Positions 19,372-29,001 are shown, counted from the stretch's first letter. The stretch: DNA of 64,000 bases from Candidatus Zhuqueibacterota bacterium (GCA_016928775.1 JAFGKD010000071.1:84164-148163), one strand, 5' to 3'. Notes: a model not told the origin generated them from the sequence alone. Numbers and translations are program-made.

Positions 19372-20883
19372 TTACCGGTCGCCCAATGCCGGCATGTGAA
19401 ACCGCTCGATTGAGGAGGGTTCATGTTCCTGTCGCAGAATCTCCTCCATCTTTTGCAGGATTTCGGGATGTTCAGCAGCCACGTTGGTTTGCTCCTGTAT
19501 GTCCTCAGCAAGATTGAAGAGTTCGATTTCCGTGTTTCCGCTCAAAATATCGCGCCGGATGGCTTTCCAATCCCCCATCCGCACGGCTTGCTGGCCGCCA
19601 TAGGCGGGGAATTCCCAATAGAGGTAGTCATGCTGTTTCTGGCTTTTTCTCAAAAGTCTTGGCAGGAAGCTGATGCCGTCAATATCATCGGGCGCGTCCA
19701 CGCCGGTGAGATGACACAGGGTTGGCAAAACATCGTAAAAAACGGATAGATGATCCGTCTGCGAACCGGCTTTGATTGTGCCCGGCCAGCTCGCGATCAT
19801 CGGCACGCGAATCCCGCCTTCGTAAACCGTTCCTTTGATGCGTCCCTGTTGTGAGATAAAAGGTTTGGCGCTGTCGAACCACTCGGCATCCGAGCCGCCG
19901 CCAATACCGGCGCCGTTGTCCGAGGTGAAGATGATCAACGTGTTCTCATACAGGTCAAGTTCTTTGAGCTTTTTTATCAGCAAGCCGACCTGTTCATCGA
20001 GATATGATACCATGGCAGCAAAAGTGGCGTGCGGATAACGACTGGGGCAGTAACCCTGTTGCCCCAGATAGGGCTCCTCGTCGCCAAACTTGGCCACATA
20101 ATAGTCCACCCATGCCTGCGGCGCCTGCAGGGGCACATGCGGTATGGGCGTGGCCCAATAGAGGAAAAAAGGTTCGTCTCGATTATTCTCGACAAAGTTG
20201 AGAATTTCATCAAACATCACATCCGGGGAATAGTCCGGCTGGCTAAAGTGCGCGTAGCTTTGGGGATCGTCTGGATTGGCGCCTTCGGGAAGCGGCGTGC
20301 CGGGAACATAAAGCTCGTTGTTGAGCCACACTTTTTCTTCGTTTTTCCATAAATGTTTGGGATAATAGGTATGCGCCTGTCTCTGACAATTATAGCCAAA
20401 GAAAAAATCAAAGCCTTGTTTGGTGGGTATTGCATGCGTCAACGGGCCTCCGAGTCCCCATTTGCCAACAAGAGCGGTTTTGTAACCGGCATCCTGCAAC
20501 AGTCTGGCGACGGTGACGGTGTTCTCCGGGATCGGATATTGGCCTTCGAGGTTCGGATCGTCAACCGCTTTTTGATAGTTCCACACCTCGCCTCGTTCAC
20601 CCCATTCGTGATTACCGCGGATGAAGGCATGCCCGGTATGTTTACCGGTCATCAGCACACAACGGGAGGGAGCGCACACCGGCGAGCCGGCATAGTGCTG
20701 GGTGAAGCGCATGCCCTGGCGCGCTAAATCGTCGATATTCGGCGTCTCGATCTTTTCCTGGCCGTAGCAGCCGAGGTCGCCGTAACCGAGATCATCCGCT
20801 AAAATAAAAATGATGTTTGGCGGCTGGACGAGCTGTGTGCAGCCCGCCAAAAAGAGCAGCAACAATAAACAAAACCGATTCAT
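19372..20883 (-). CDS. Formylglycine-dependent sulfatase (S1 family)
   Basis: Lipoprotein-type signal (LAGC). PVCAPSRCVLMTGKH sulfatase signature. DDLGYGDLGCYG N-terminal block. Confidence 0.9.
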   Translation of the reverse strand: MNRFCLLLLLFLAGCTQLVQPPNIIFILADDLGYGDLGCYGQEKIETPNIDDLARQGMRFTQHYAGSPVCAPSRCVLMTGKHTGHAFIRGNHEWGERGEVWNYQKAVDDPNLEGQYPIPENTVTVARLLQDAGYKTALVGKWGLGGPLTHAIPTKQGFDFFFGYNCQRQAHTYYPKHLWKNEEKVWLNNELYVPGTPLPEGANPDDPQSYAHFSQPDYSPDVMFDEILNFVENNRDEPFFLYWATPIPHVPLQAPQAWVDYYVAKFGDEEPYLGQQGYCPSRYPHATFAAMVSYLDEQVGLLIKKLKELDLYENTLIIFTSDNGAGIGGGSDAEWFDSAKPFISQQGRIKGTVYEGGIRVPMIASWPGTIKAGSQTDHLSVFYDVLPTLCHLTGVDAPDDIDGISFLPRLLRKSQKQHDYLYWEFPAYGGQQAVRMGDWKAIRRDILSGNTEIELFNLAEDIQEQTNVAAEHPEILQKMEEILRQEHEPSSIERFHMPALGDR

Positions 20884-20904
20884 AATTTTTCCTCCGTTCG
20901 ATGG

Positions 20905-21858
20905 TTAGGCTTTTTCCGGCAAAACCCGAACGCCCGTCTCGTGCTGTTTTTTAATTGCCGCAACCTGAGCGCACAGGTGCTCAGCGATATTGGCGACAAT
21001 CTCATCCGGCACGCCATCAACATGTTTGGACTGCAGCCGCATGTCGCAGGCTTCGTTGACATAATCAACCACCACAAAACTGTTCGAGCGGCTCAGGCAG
21101 ATTTCGGTTGAGAAAAAATTCAGGCCGCATATCGCACTGATTTTTTCAGTGATCGAATAGAGCGATTGCAGACTATACTGCTCCACTTCTGCAGGATCTA
21201 ATATTTTATAAATTTGCGTCACATCGTTCCACCAGGCGCATTGTACCAGGCCGAAAGTATAAAAGCCGCGAAACCAGAAACGTCTGTTTTCAATGTGCAA
21301 GGGGATCACTTTTTCCTGTAAAAGGTATTTATCCGATTTAAACTGGCGTCTGGCGACCAGCACGTCATGCAGCGACTCGGCGCCATCCACGACGCCCAAA
21401 CCGCCTCCAGTGGTATTGGCCGGTTTGATGATAAACGGTCGCCCGAGATGCGCCAATTCGTCGGTTGAGAGCCAGATATCATTATTGTTGTCAAAAGAGT
21501 CGATGATGATGGTGTATGGCGTCTGCAATCCATTGGCGATAAACTCCAGATGCATGGTCGCCTTGTCCGATGCCCAACGCATTTTATCGAGAGGCTCTAT
21601 GACATGCGCCCGTTTGGCCAAAAGCCGCTGCAGACGGAAAAAATCTTCCGTGGTATCGGAGGCACGGTCAAACAGCACGAGGACATCGAGCGAATTCTTT
21701 TCGACAAGCTTGATGGTGTCGTCCAATTTGTCATGATTCACCACAAGAACCGTTAGATGTGCTTTTTCAGCCTCTTTAGCCATGAGCTGAACAAAATCGT
21801 TGTCATATTGCCAATCCGACGCAACGAGGAGGTCAATTTTTTTTGATGTTTCATCCAT
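20905..21858 (-). CDS. ATP-grasp domain protein (RimK/GshB-like)
   Basis: FIIKPANTTGGGLGVVDGAESLHDV resembles the ATP-grasp nucleotide-binding loop region. Otherwise weak. Confidence 0.4.
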   Translation of the reverse strand: MDETSKKIDLLVASDWQYDNDFVQLMAKEAEKAHLTVLVVNHDKLDDTIKLVEKNSLDVLVLFDRASDTTEDFFRLQRLLAKRAHVIEPLDKMRWASDKATMHLEFIANGLQTPYTIIIDSFDNNNDIWLSTDELAHLGRPFIIKPANTTGGGLGVVDGAESLHDVLVARRQFKSDKYLLQEKVIPLHIENRRFWFRGFYTFGLVQCAWWNDVTQIYKILDPAEVEQYSLQSLYSITEKISAICGLNFFSTEICLSRSNSFVVVDYVNEACDMRLQSKHVDGVPDEIVANIAEHLCAQVAAIKKQHETGVRVLPEKA

Positions 21859-21958
21859 TAAAGATTGAGAATTCGATCATTGGCTTTTTGCATGTTGTTT
21901 GGATTTTGTTATTTATACAAGGTAATAAAACTGTGTTTTTTTAGCAAAGTTTAAAAGC

Positions 21959-21986
21959 CACGGATGTTCACGGATGAAACACGGAT
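21959..21986 (+). promoter_or_regulatory. Array of three direct CACGGAT heptamers at 10/11-bp spacing (part of a ~50-nt repeated element, copy 1)
   Basis: gCCACGGATgttCACGGATgaaaCACGGATcatatcattcatttt read directly. Helical-turn periodicity is typical of response-regulator-type binding sites. Confidence 0.4.
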
Positions 21987-22051
21987 CATATCATTCATTT
22001 TAATCTTTTTTAACCTCCAGTCCCAAAACTTTCTCGAAGCAAAGCCGAAAA

Positions 22052-22078
22052 ATCCGTGTTCATCCGTGTTCATCCGTG
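22052..22078 (-). promoter_or_regulatory. Inverted copy of the 3x CACGGAT array (ATCCGTGttcATCCGTGttcATCCGTG)
   Basis: Exact 10-bp spacing. It forms a long inverted repeat with 21959-21986 about 65 nt away. Confidence 0.4.
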
Positions 22079-22211
22079 GCTTGTAATTTGGCTGCGGCCA
22101 AAGGCCGCGCCAAGCTGATCCGCGTGCATCAATAACTCAAAATTTGGTTGCAGCCTTTGGTCGCGCCAGGTGTTTCTGCGACATAAATGTCGCATCAACT
22201 CGTCAACTGGT

Positions 22212-23543
22212 TCATGCTTTTTTGATCTCGTCGCTGTTTTTTTGAATTTTGGCAATAGCATCAACAATATCATCCATATCTTCCTTTTTACCAAGCAGCA
22301 CTGTTTGAGGAAAAGCGACGGTTGTTTCGCAGACGAGCTTGTTGCCTTTCAAATCGTTCAAGCTGTCGCGGTATGCTTTGAGGCGCTGGTCGGAAAAAAG
22401 GCGTTTGTAGCCGCGAGAATTGATCGCTTCATCAATTAATCCGTCAAAGTATTGCTCGTGGTAGCCTCTGCCACACGGGATGCCTTCGGAATTCAACGCT
22501 TGAATAAATTTATCTATTGGCAATCCGCTGAAGGATTCGGAATGATACCGAACGGGAAAGAGATGCCAGACTGCTGTGGCGTTTTCCGGCACTTTTGCCG
22601 GCTGGATGCCGGCGACGTTCCTGAGTTGTGCGGACAGATAGTCGGCATTTTGTTGCCGTGTGGCGGTCTCTTTTTTCAGCTTGTCAATTTGCTGAATCAA
22701 CATCGTTGCTTGTATTTGCTGCATGCGCCGGTTGCTGCCGCGGGTGAAATATTGTCTTTCACCGCTTGAACTGCCATAGGCCCGGCCGCAATTGTGAAAG
22801 GAATGGCAACGATCCATGATGCTATCGTCATTGCCGGTGATTGCACCGCCTTCGCCGGTCGGCAGGTGTTTTGAATTTTGAAAGCTAAAGCAGCCAAGAT
22901 CGCCGAGATTACCACATTTCGCGCCCTGATATTCGGCTAACCATGCCTGGCACGCATCTTCAATGACGGCCAGATTGTGCGTTTTGGCGATTGTATTGAT
23001 CGGCTGCATGTCGCACGGCAAACCATAGATATGCACCGGCATGATCGCTTTGGTTCGATCAGTAATACGAGATTCTATGTCCTGCGGATTGATTGTCCAC
23101 GTTTCGGGATCTGTATCAGCAAAAACCGGCAAGGCTTTGCTCAACAAGATTGAATTGTAGCTGGCGATAAAGGTGAACGGCGAGACAATCACCTCGTCAC
23201 CGGCATCGACCCCGAGGACGTGCATGCAGACTAACAGGGCCGTCGTACCGCTGGCAGTTGCGAGACAGCGTTTGGTACCGATGAGCTCGGCGTAGGCTTT
23301 TTCAAATTCCTCCACATGGTCGCCGCGGCCACGCCACCAGCGGCCGCTGCGCAGAATCTCCAGAATTTTGGGCTCCCACTCGCGTCGCCATTCCGGCCAT
23401 TTTGGCCATGACTGCGTACGTACTGGCGTCCCGCCCAATAAGACTGGCTTTTCCCGGGCAGAGACGACCGTCGGGCCAGCAGCCAGCGCCGCTGATCCCA
23501 CCGCGGCAGTTTGCATAAAATGTCGTCGTGATACTCTGTGCAT
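22212..23543 (-). CDS. DegT/DnrJ/EryC1/StrS-family PLP-dependent aminotransferase with twin-arginine signal peptide
   Basis: SRRHFMQTAAVGSAALAAGPTVVSA Tat motif. The body matches DegT family blocks (ATASGTTALLV..., AIMPVHIYGLPCDM, AVIEDACQAW). Confidence 0.75.
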   Translation of the reverse strand: MHRVSRRHFMQTAAVGSAALAAGPTVVSAREKPVLLGGTPVRTQSWPKWPEWRREWEPKILEILRSGRWWRGRGDHVEEFEKAYAELIGTKRCLATASGTTALLVCMHVLGVDAGDEVIVSPFTFIASYNSILLSKALPVFADTDPETWTINPQDIESRITDRTKAIMPVHIYGLPCDMQPINTIAKTHNLAVIEDACQAWLAEYQGAKCGNLGDLGCFSFQNSKHLPTGEGGAITGNDDSIMDRCHSFHNCGRAYGSSSGERQYFTRGSNRRMQQIQATMLIQQIDKLKKETATRQQNADYLSAQLRNVAGIQPAKVPENATAVWHLFPVRYHSESFSGLPIDKFIQALNSEGIPCGRGYHEQYFDGLIDEAINSRGYKRLFSDQRLKAYRDSLNDLKGNKLVCETTVAFPQTVLLGKKEDMDDIVDAIAKIQKNSDEIKKA

Positions 23544-23666
23544 GTCTCCTCCTGATAAAATAATGCACCGTGATTGTCCGTGGTGTCAATTCCTGGTTTG
23601 AAATGACCATTGGTCTGCATCTGTGCGGCAAGGAAACGAGATCTTTTTTTTGCAATGTTTATGAGC

Positions 23667-23694
23667 CACGGATTTTCACGGATGAAACACGGAT
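23667..23694 (+). promoter_or_regulatory. Second copy of the 3x CACGGAT array / ~50-nt repeated element
   Basis: gCCACGGATtttCACGGATgaaaCACGGATcatatctttcattttt is 46/49 identical to the copy at 21957-22009. Same strand, preceded by a T8 run. Confidence 0.4.
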
Positions 23695-23708
23695 CATATC
23701 TTTCATTT

Positions 23709-24797
23709 TTAACGTATTACCTGCACAATGCACCAGCTTTCCTCGCCCAACTGGACGCCAGTTATCAGATGCGTCGGCTCGCCGTCAAATTTACGTTCCG
23801 GCGGATTATCCAAATTGAGCAGTTCCGGTCGTTCGCGGCGATCGAACGTTGTACTTGTGCCATCCGTCCATGTGATGGTGTGTCTATAAACTTTGATATC
23901 CTTATGCCGGCGCCAGCACAAGCCGTCGCTGGAAACGAGATGCGCGCCGTGACGCACATCGCCGGTCAATCCGCCAACATTGTCTTCAACAACCAGATTG
24001 TATCTGTTATGGTGATAGAACAACGTTCCATCTTCCAGTTTCACATCAGGAACGAGATTCGCTGCAACAATCTGGTAGCGACCGTCAAAGTGAGCCGCTT
24101 CAGCCATAAACATGGTCAGGTCACGATCGCGAAAGTTCAAGAGCACGCGACCATCATGAAACACATAGGGTGCGGGATTATTGGCATCGTCGGTTAATAA
24201 AATATGCTGATCGATACGATGCCACGGACCCGCTATCGACTCGGCCCAGGCAAAGCCAATTTTACGCTCAGACTGCTGCGGCGACCGGCCAATATAATAG
24301 AGCACATATTTGTCGCCTATCTTGACAATTTTCGGATTATGGCACATCTGGCCGTCCCAAAAATTTTCGCCGCGTCCAGCCAAGACGACCTGAACAAATT
24401 GGTACGGACCCAATGGATCATCCGAAACAGCGCGTACAATTTCTGAATGATTTCGATAATTTCCAAGCATGCTCACGTTGCCCCGATCTTCTGCATCAAC
24501 GCCAAGGGACTCCCAGGTAGGCCACCGGGAGGCGAAAAGATGATATTGATTGTCGACTTTGATGAGCGATCCACCCCAGACAAAATAACCACGCATACGA
24601 AATCCGGCGTCACGCGGGACGGGCTGGAGACGATCTAAAATTGGCGCTGGTGTACGGGAACTGCATGCGAAAAAAGTGAGGCACAGAAGAGTCAATATGA
24701 TATGCTGAAAGAAAGCCCGAACCAAAAACGATGTCGCCCTGGCATGGCGTACTTTGTATGTGATCTCGATGTGCGGTCTCATTTTTTCTCCAGCCAA
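23709..24797 (-). CDS. Five-bladed beta-propeller glycoside hydrolase-like protein (GH43/GH117-like), secreted
   Basis: Hydrophobic signal. DNQYHLFASRWP and GDKYVLYYIG are beta-propeller GH43-superfamily style motifs. The family assignment is tentative. Confidence 0.45.
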   Translation of the reverse strand: MAGEKMRPHIEITYKVRHARATSFLVRAFFQHIILTLLCLTFFACSSRTPAPILDRLQPVPRDAGFRMRGYFVWGGSLIKVDNQYHLFASRWPTWESLGVDAEDRGNVSMLGNYRNHSEIVRAVSDDPLGPYQFVQVVLAGRGENFWDGQMCHNPKIVKIGDKYVLYYIGRSPQQSERKIGFAWAESIAGPWHRIDQHILLTDDANNPAPYVFHDGRVLLNFRDRDLTMFMAEAAHFDGRYQIVAANLVPDVKLEDGTLFYHHNRYNLVVEDNVGGLTGDVRHGAHLVSSDGLCWRRHKDIKVYRHTITWTDGTSTTFDRRERPELLNLDNPPERKFDGEPTHLITGVQLGEESWCIVQVIR

Positions 24798-25522
24798 AAG
24801 TCAAAATTGGCCAGGCCCAGGTCTTCATGAATCGACTCGGGATTAGACAGGGTGAGGGTAAATGTCGCCAGTTCCCCGGCTGTGAGAGAAATTGGCGATA
24901 GCTTTTTCGTATATTTTATTTGCGGGGTGAACTCCCGGTTATCTCCATAAAAAATTGATGCGCTTGACCAGCGTGTCACATTGTGCCAGCGTTCTATGGT
25001 CTTTAGGTACCAGGTGACGATCGGATTTATGCCCGAGGTGCGTCCATGGGTGGCGCCGAGACTGCAACGACCAAAGCCGCCCAGCCTGTATAATCTGTCT
25101 AACTGAAGATTAGCCTGGTCGCTGGGCAGCACCCCCGGCTGTGTCGCGTCGAGGGTAAAAACTGTATCTTGATCGTTTATCTTGAGAAAAAGCGTCCTGT
25201 TGATTTCCTGGTCAATGTAGCGCATCACAGGTTGATAGACAACGTTTTCATCGGACTGCTGGTGCTCTTCTTTGGGAATATTGCCGTACGCCCGGATTTG
25301 TTCGCTGTAGCCTTTGGTGACGCGTTCGCCATTCCATTCACCACCCAGCATGGAATACAATCCCCAGTGGATAAACGTGGAAAATTTTTGATCGTGCCAA
25401 TGCTCGAATGCCTTTTCTTTAGAGTGCGGTTGCGAGTCACATGTACAGATCATGAGCGAAAAGGAGAGTGCAAAAATCGCAAGAAGATATTTCATAATTT
25501 TCCTGTCGTTTGATCCGCTCAA
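24779..25522 (-). CDS. Hypothetical secreted lipoprotein
   Basis: Signal plus Cys (LMICTCDS). FIHWGLYSMLGGEWNG is reminiscent of the GH29 N-terminal block, but the protein is only 247 aa. Confidence 0.4.
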   Translation of the reverse strand: MSGSNDRKIMKYLLAIFALSFSLMICTCDSQPHSKEKAFEHWHDQKFSTFIHWGLYSMLGGEWNGERVTKGYSEQIRAYGNIPKEEHQQSDENVVYQPVMRYIDQEINRTLFLKINDQDTVFTLDATQPGVLPSDQANLQLDRLYRLGGFGRCSLGATHGRTSGINPIVTWYLKTIERWHNVTRWSSASIFYGDNREFTPQIKYTKKLSPISLTAGELATFTLTLSNPESIHEDLGLANFDFWLEKK

Positions 25523-25677
25523 AGATAAATGACTTTGATGTCCAAGTCAAGGATTGTCTTGTGCCTGGATTGATATGTATGGTTCATTCGAATCATGCGC
25601 ATTTTACCACCGAATCTTTAATAGACATGTTGGGAGCAAAAACATCAAAAAGTTATTGAAAAGTTACCTCTGAATAA

Positions 25678-27126
25678 TTATTTCACCAGCGGATCTGCCA
25701 ATTCTTTTTGCAGATGTAACAATTTGGCACGCAGTTCATTTATCTTTCGCTCATATTGCGGATCGCCGGCCAAATCAACCATCTCCAAAGGATCTTTTTC
25801 AAGATTATACAGGATCGTTTTATCGATTTTGGGATAATAAATCAATTTGAATGTCCCGTCACACACCATGCGTTGCACATCAATATAACCGCCATAGATG
25901 AGATCATAGTTTTTCTGCTTTTTGCCGTGGATGAGCGGCATCAGGCTGTGGAAATCGACGTCATCCGGTTTTGTAATGCCGGCCAGCTCAAGAGCAGACG
26001 GCATAATGTCCTGCAGATAAACCGGTGTTTCGATCTTTGTATTTTTCTTCACACCAGGTCCAGACACAAACAATGGGACGCGCACGCTGTGATCGTACAT
26101 GTTTTGTTTGCCCATCAAACCATGTCGGCCGCATGCCAAACCATGATCAGCGGTGAAAAAGATATAGGTGTTATCCGCTTTGCCGCTCGCTGCCAGGGCA
26201 TCGAGAATACGACCGACCTGGGCGTCCATGTGGGTGATAATGGCATAATACTCCTGGCGATGTACTTTGACGGCGTACTCGGTGCGAGGAAAAGGCGCGA
26301 GCCGTTCATCGCGCAAATCTTTGCCGCACCCGATGGCTTCTTTTTCCGGATAAAGCGGCTGATAATTTTTGGGCAACGGAATGGTATCGAGCGGATATCG
26401 ATCAACGTATTCTTTCGGAGACTGTCGGGGATCGTGCGGCGCATTAAAGGCGAGATACATAAAAAACGGCGTGTCCTTGTCTTTGGTCTGGTTGAAAAAA
26501 TCGATGGCATGATTGCCTAATACCTGACTCCAGTGTGTGCCGCCCTCCCAGTAGCCGCCCAGCGACGTGTCATAGGGAGACCAGGCATCCGGTTCGTTCT
26601 CTATTGGACGGTCATACCCCGGGTGGTGTTTGGCCGGATTTTCCCAGTCAAAATAATCTTTTGGCATACCGGGGCGAACATCGCGAACATGATCGTAAAT
26701 GTCGTGTGGATTTATATCTTTGACGTGCCACTTGCCGCTCATATAGGTTTCATAACCGGCGTTTTTCATAAATTGCGACCAGAACCGCCCATTTTCCTGT
26801 TCGGATTTGAGCTCCGGTTCAAGCTCCTTCGCTTCCCACAAAAATCTGCCGGTATTGAGCATCGTCCGGCTTGCCACGCAGACCGCTCCGTGCCAGGCAC
26901 CCATATTGTAAGCATGCGTAAAGGTGACACCATTTCGCACGAGACGGTCCAGGTTGGGTGTCTGGACATCAGTGTAACCCAGGGCATTGATGGTATCAAA
27001 AGCCTGATCATCGGCAAAGATGAATAGAATGTTTGGCTGTTTTTTCTGAACCAGTTTCGCGCAGCCGGACAGGAACAGAAACCCGGCACAACCGGCAGAT
27101 GTTTTGAGGAAACGGCGACGGTTCAT
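25678..27126 (-). CDS. Formylglycine-dependent sulfatase (S1 family), Tat signal, C-x-A-x-R variant
   Basis: NRRRFLKTSAGCAGFLFLSGCA Tat/lipoprotein signal. The signature reads AVCVASRTMLNTGR, with Ala in place of the usual Pro. Other sulfatase blocks are intact. Confidence 0.85.
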   Translation of the reverse strand: MNRRRFLKTSAGCAGFLFLSGCAKLVQKKQPNILFIFADDQAFDTINALGYTDVQTPNLDRLVRNGVTFTHAYNMGAWHGAVCVASRTMLNTGRFLWEAKELEPELKSEQENGRFWSQFMKNAGYETYMSGKWHVKDINPHDIYDHVRDVRPGMPKDYFDWENPAKHHPGYDRPIENEPDAWSPYDTSLGGYWEGGTHWSQVLGNHAIDFFNQTKDKDTPFFMYLAFNAPHDPRQSPKEYVDRYPLDTIPLPKNYQPLYPEKEAIGCGKDLRDERLAPFPRTEYAVKVHRQEYYAIITHMDAQVGRILDALAASGKADNTYIFFTADHGLACGRHGLMGKQNMYDHSVRVPLFVSGPGVKKNTKIETPVYLQDIMPSALELAGITKPDDVDFHSLMPLIHGKKQKNYDLIYGGYIDVQRMVCDGTFKLIYYPKIDKTILYNLEKDPLEMVDLAGDPQYERKINELRAKLLHLQKELADPLVK

Positions 27127-27247
27127 ATAATTCTCCTCAAATCCACTCTAATCAATTTTTGTAGTTTTGTGTCTTCGTGTGAGTGAATTTTTCAAGCTAA
27201 ATATTTTGCCTCAGCGTCTTTTGTGTGCGAACGGCAACTGGTCAGTT

Positions 27248-28579
27248 TTAATATGTATGTCCATGTACTTTTGACGTTCGAAAGCCAAAGACAACAATGA
27301 CCACAAAACAGAGCATCGGCAGGACAAACGAGATCCGGGTACTCGATATGCTAAAGAGACCAAGATGAAAATCGCTCATATCCATGATCGCAGCTTGCAG
27401 CGGTGGCATAATGGAGCCGCCGCCAATGGCCATGATCAAACCGGCAGCACCGAGTTTCGCATCATCCCCAAGTCCTTTGAGGGCAATCCCGTAGATCGTC
27501 GGGAACATAAGGGACATACAGGCGGATACGGCGATCAGACAATAAAGACCAACCATGCCATGAAAGAAAATTGTTCCCAGGATCAAGGCAAAACCACCAA
27601 TTGCCAGGCTCATTAAAAGTCCACCCGGGCTGAAATATTTCAACAAATAGGTGCAAATGAACCGGCTGGTGCAAAAGATCGACATAGCGATGATATTGTA
27701 TCCCTGCGCCGTTTCCTTGGCCATACCGAGCTCATTCATAGCGTATTGAATGATGAATGTCCAGCACATAATCTGAGCACCCACGTAAAAAGTTTGGGCG
27801 ATCACGCCTTCAGTGTATTTTTTATTCGCCCACAATCGTCTGAGTGTTTTGCCGACGTTGAGTTGTCTATCTTCCTCTCCTTTACTACGCGGCAGTTTCG
27901 ATATCAAAAATACGAGAAAAAAGATCAAAACAATCAGACCAATCGCAACATACGGACCGCGCAGCACACTGAGATCATGCACTTGCAATGCCTGGAACTG
28001 TTGTGGTGCTGTTTGCTGCAAGATTTCTCGCTCCGCCTCCGAGGTTTTGTCCAGACGTGCGAGAATGAGCTGCTGCGCGACAAACATGCCGGTGAGTGAT
28101 CCGATAGGATTGAACGCCTGGGAAAAATTCAATCGACGGGTTGCGTTCTCTTCCGGCCCCATCGCGAGCACATAGGGATTGGCGCTGGTTTCTAAAAAGG
28201 AGAGTCCGCAGGTCAATATAAAATAGGAAATTAAAAAAGCCCAAAAGGCCATGAGATGACTGGATGGAATGAACAACAACGCTCCAATGGAATAGAGTGC
28301 CAGGCCCACCAGAATACCGCTCTTGTAGGTGAAACGTTTGATGAATAATGCCGCTGGTATGGCCATAACGCAGTAACCACCGTAAAAAGCAAACTGTACC
28401 AATGAGCTCTCAAAATGACTGATCAGCATAATTTGTTTGAACGCTGCCACCATTGGATTTGTCACGTCGTTGGCAAATCCCCAGAGGGCAAACAAACTGG
28501 TAACAAGAATAAACGGGTAGAGTATCTCTTGCGGGATAACGCTCTTTTTCTCAACATTGACTGCGGTGATTTCGGCCAT
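27248..28579 (-). CDS. MFS sugar permease, FucP (L-fucose:H+ symporter / glucose-galactose transporter) family
   Basis: 443 aa, 12-TM. The N-terminal PFILVTSLFALWGFANDVTNPMVAAFKQI block is characteristic of the FucP/GGP family. Confidence 0.8.
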   Translation of the reverse strand: MAEITAVNVEKKSVIPQEILYPFILVTSLFALWGFANDVTNPMVAAFKQIMLISHFESSLVQFAFYGGYCVMAIPAALFIKRFTYKSGILVGLALYSIGALLFIPSSHLMAFWAFLISYFILTCGLSFLETSANPYVLAMGPEENATRRLNFSQAFNPIGSLTGMFVAQQLILARLDKTSEAEREILQQTAPQQFQALQVHDLSVLRGPYVAIGLIVLIFFLVFLISKLPRSKGEEDRQLNVGKTLRRLWANKKYTEGVIAQTFYVGAQIMCWTFIIQYAMNELGMAKETAQGYNIIAMSIFCTSRFICTYLLKYFSPGGLLMSLAIGGFALILGTIFFHGMVGLYCLIAVSACMSLMFPTIYGIALKGLGDDAKLGAAGLIMAIGGGSIMPPLQAAIMDMSDFHLGLFSISSTRISFVLPMLCFVVIVVFGFRTSKVHGHTY

Positions 28580-28605
28580 ATAGGTGTTCCTCTCGATTGA
28601 TTTCT

Positions 28606-29001
28606 CTAAATTTCTTTCCTGTATCCTTGTTCGGGCGTTGACTCTTCTTGTTGATCCATCTCAAAAATGCGCTGCAAAAGCTGCCATTTTTCACCCGCAG
28701 AAGTCTCGGTGCCAGTCTTTTGAAATTTGGCAACATGCGCCTCCCATTTCGCTTGCCCTGGCAAAGTGGCCAGTTTGGCCATTGCCGTATCGTGTTGAAA
28801 ATCCGGAGTTGTGTCCATGATCATAAAAAGCCGGGTACCCGCAATATAAATTTCCATATCAATGATACCGACGTCTTTCATTCCCCGGGTAATCTCCGGC
28901 CAAACTGCACCCCTGGCATGGACCTTTTTGTATTCCTCAATGAGCGCTGGATCGTCGCGCAGTTTTAATGTTTTGCAGTAACGCTTGAATCGTGTTGACA
29001 T
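28606..29001 (-). CDS. L-rhamnose mutarotase (RhaM/DUF718) family sugar mutarotase
   Basis: 131 aa. KRYCKTLKLRDDPALIEEYKKVHA...GIIDMEIY matches RhaM-family mutarotases. Confidence 0.7.
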   Translation of the reverse strand: MSTRFKRYCKTLKLRDDPALIEEYKKVHARGAVWPEITRGMKDVGIIDMEIYIAGTRLFMIMDTTPDFQHDTAMAKLATLPGQAKWEAHVAKFQKTGTETSAGEKWQLLQRIFEMDQQEESTPEQGYRKEI

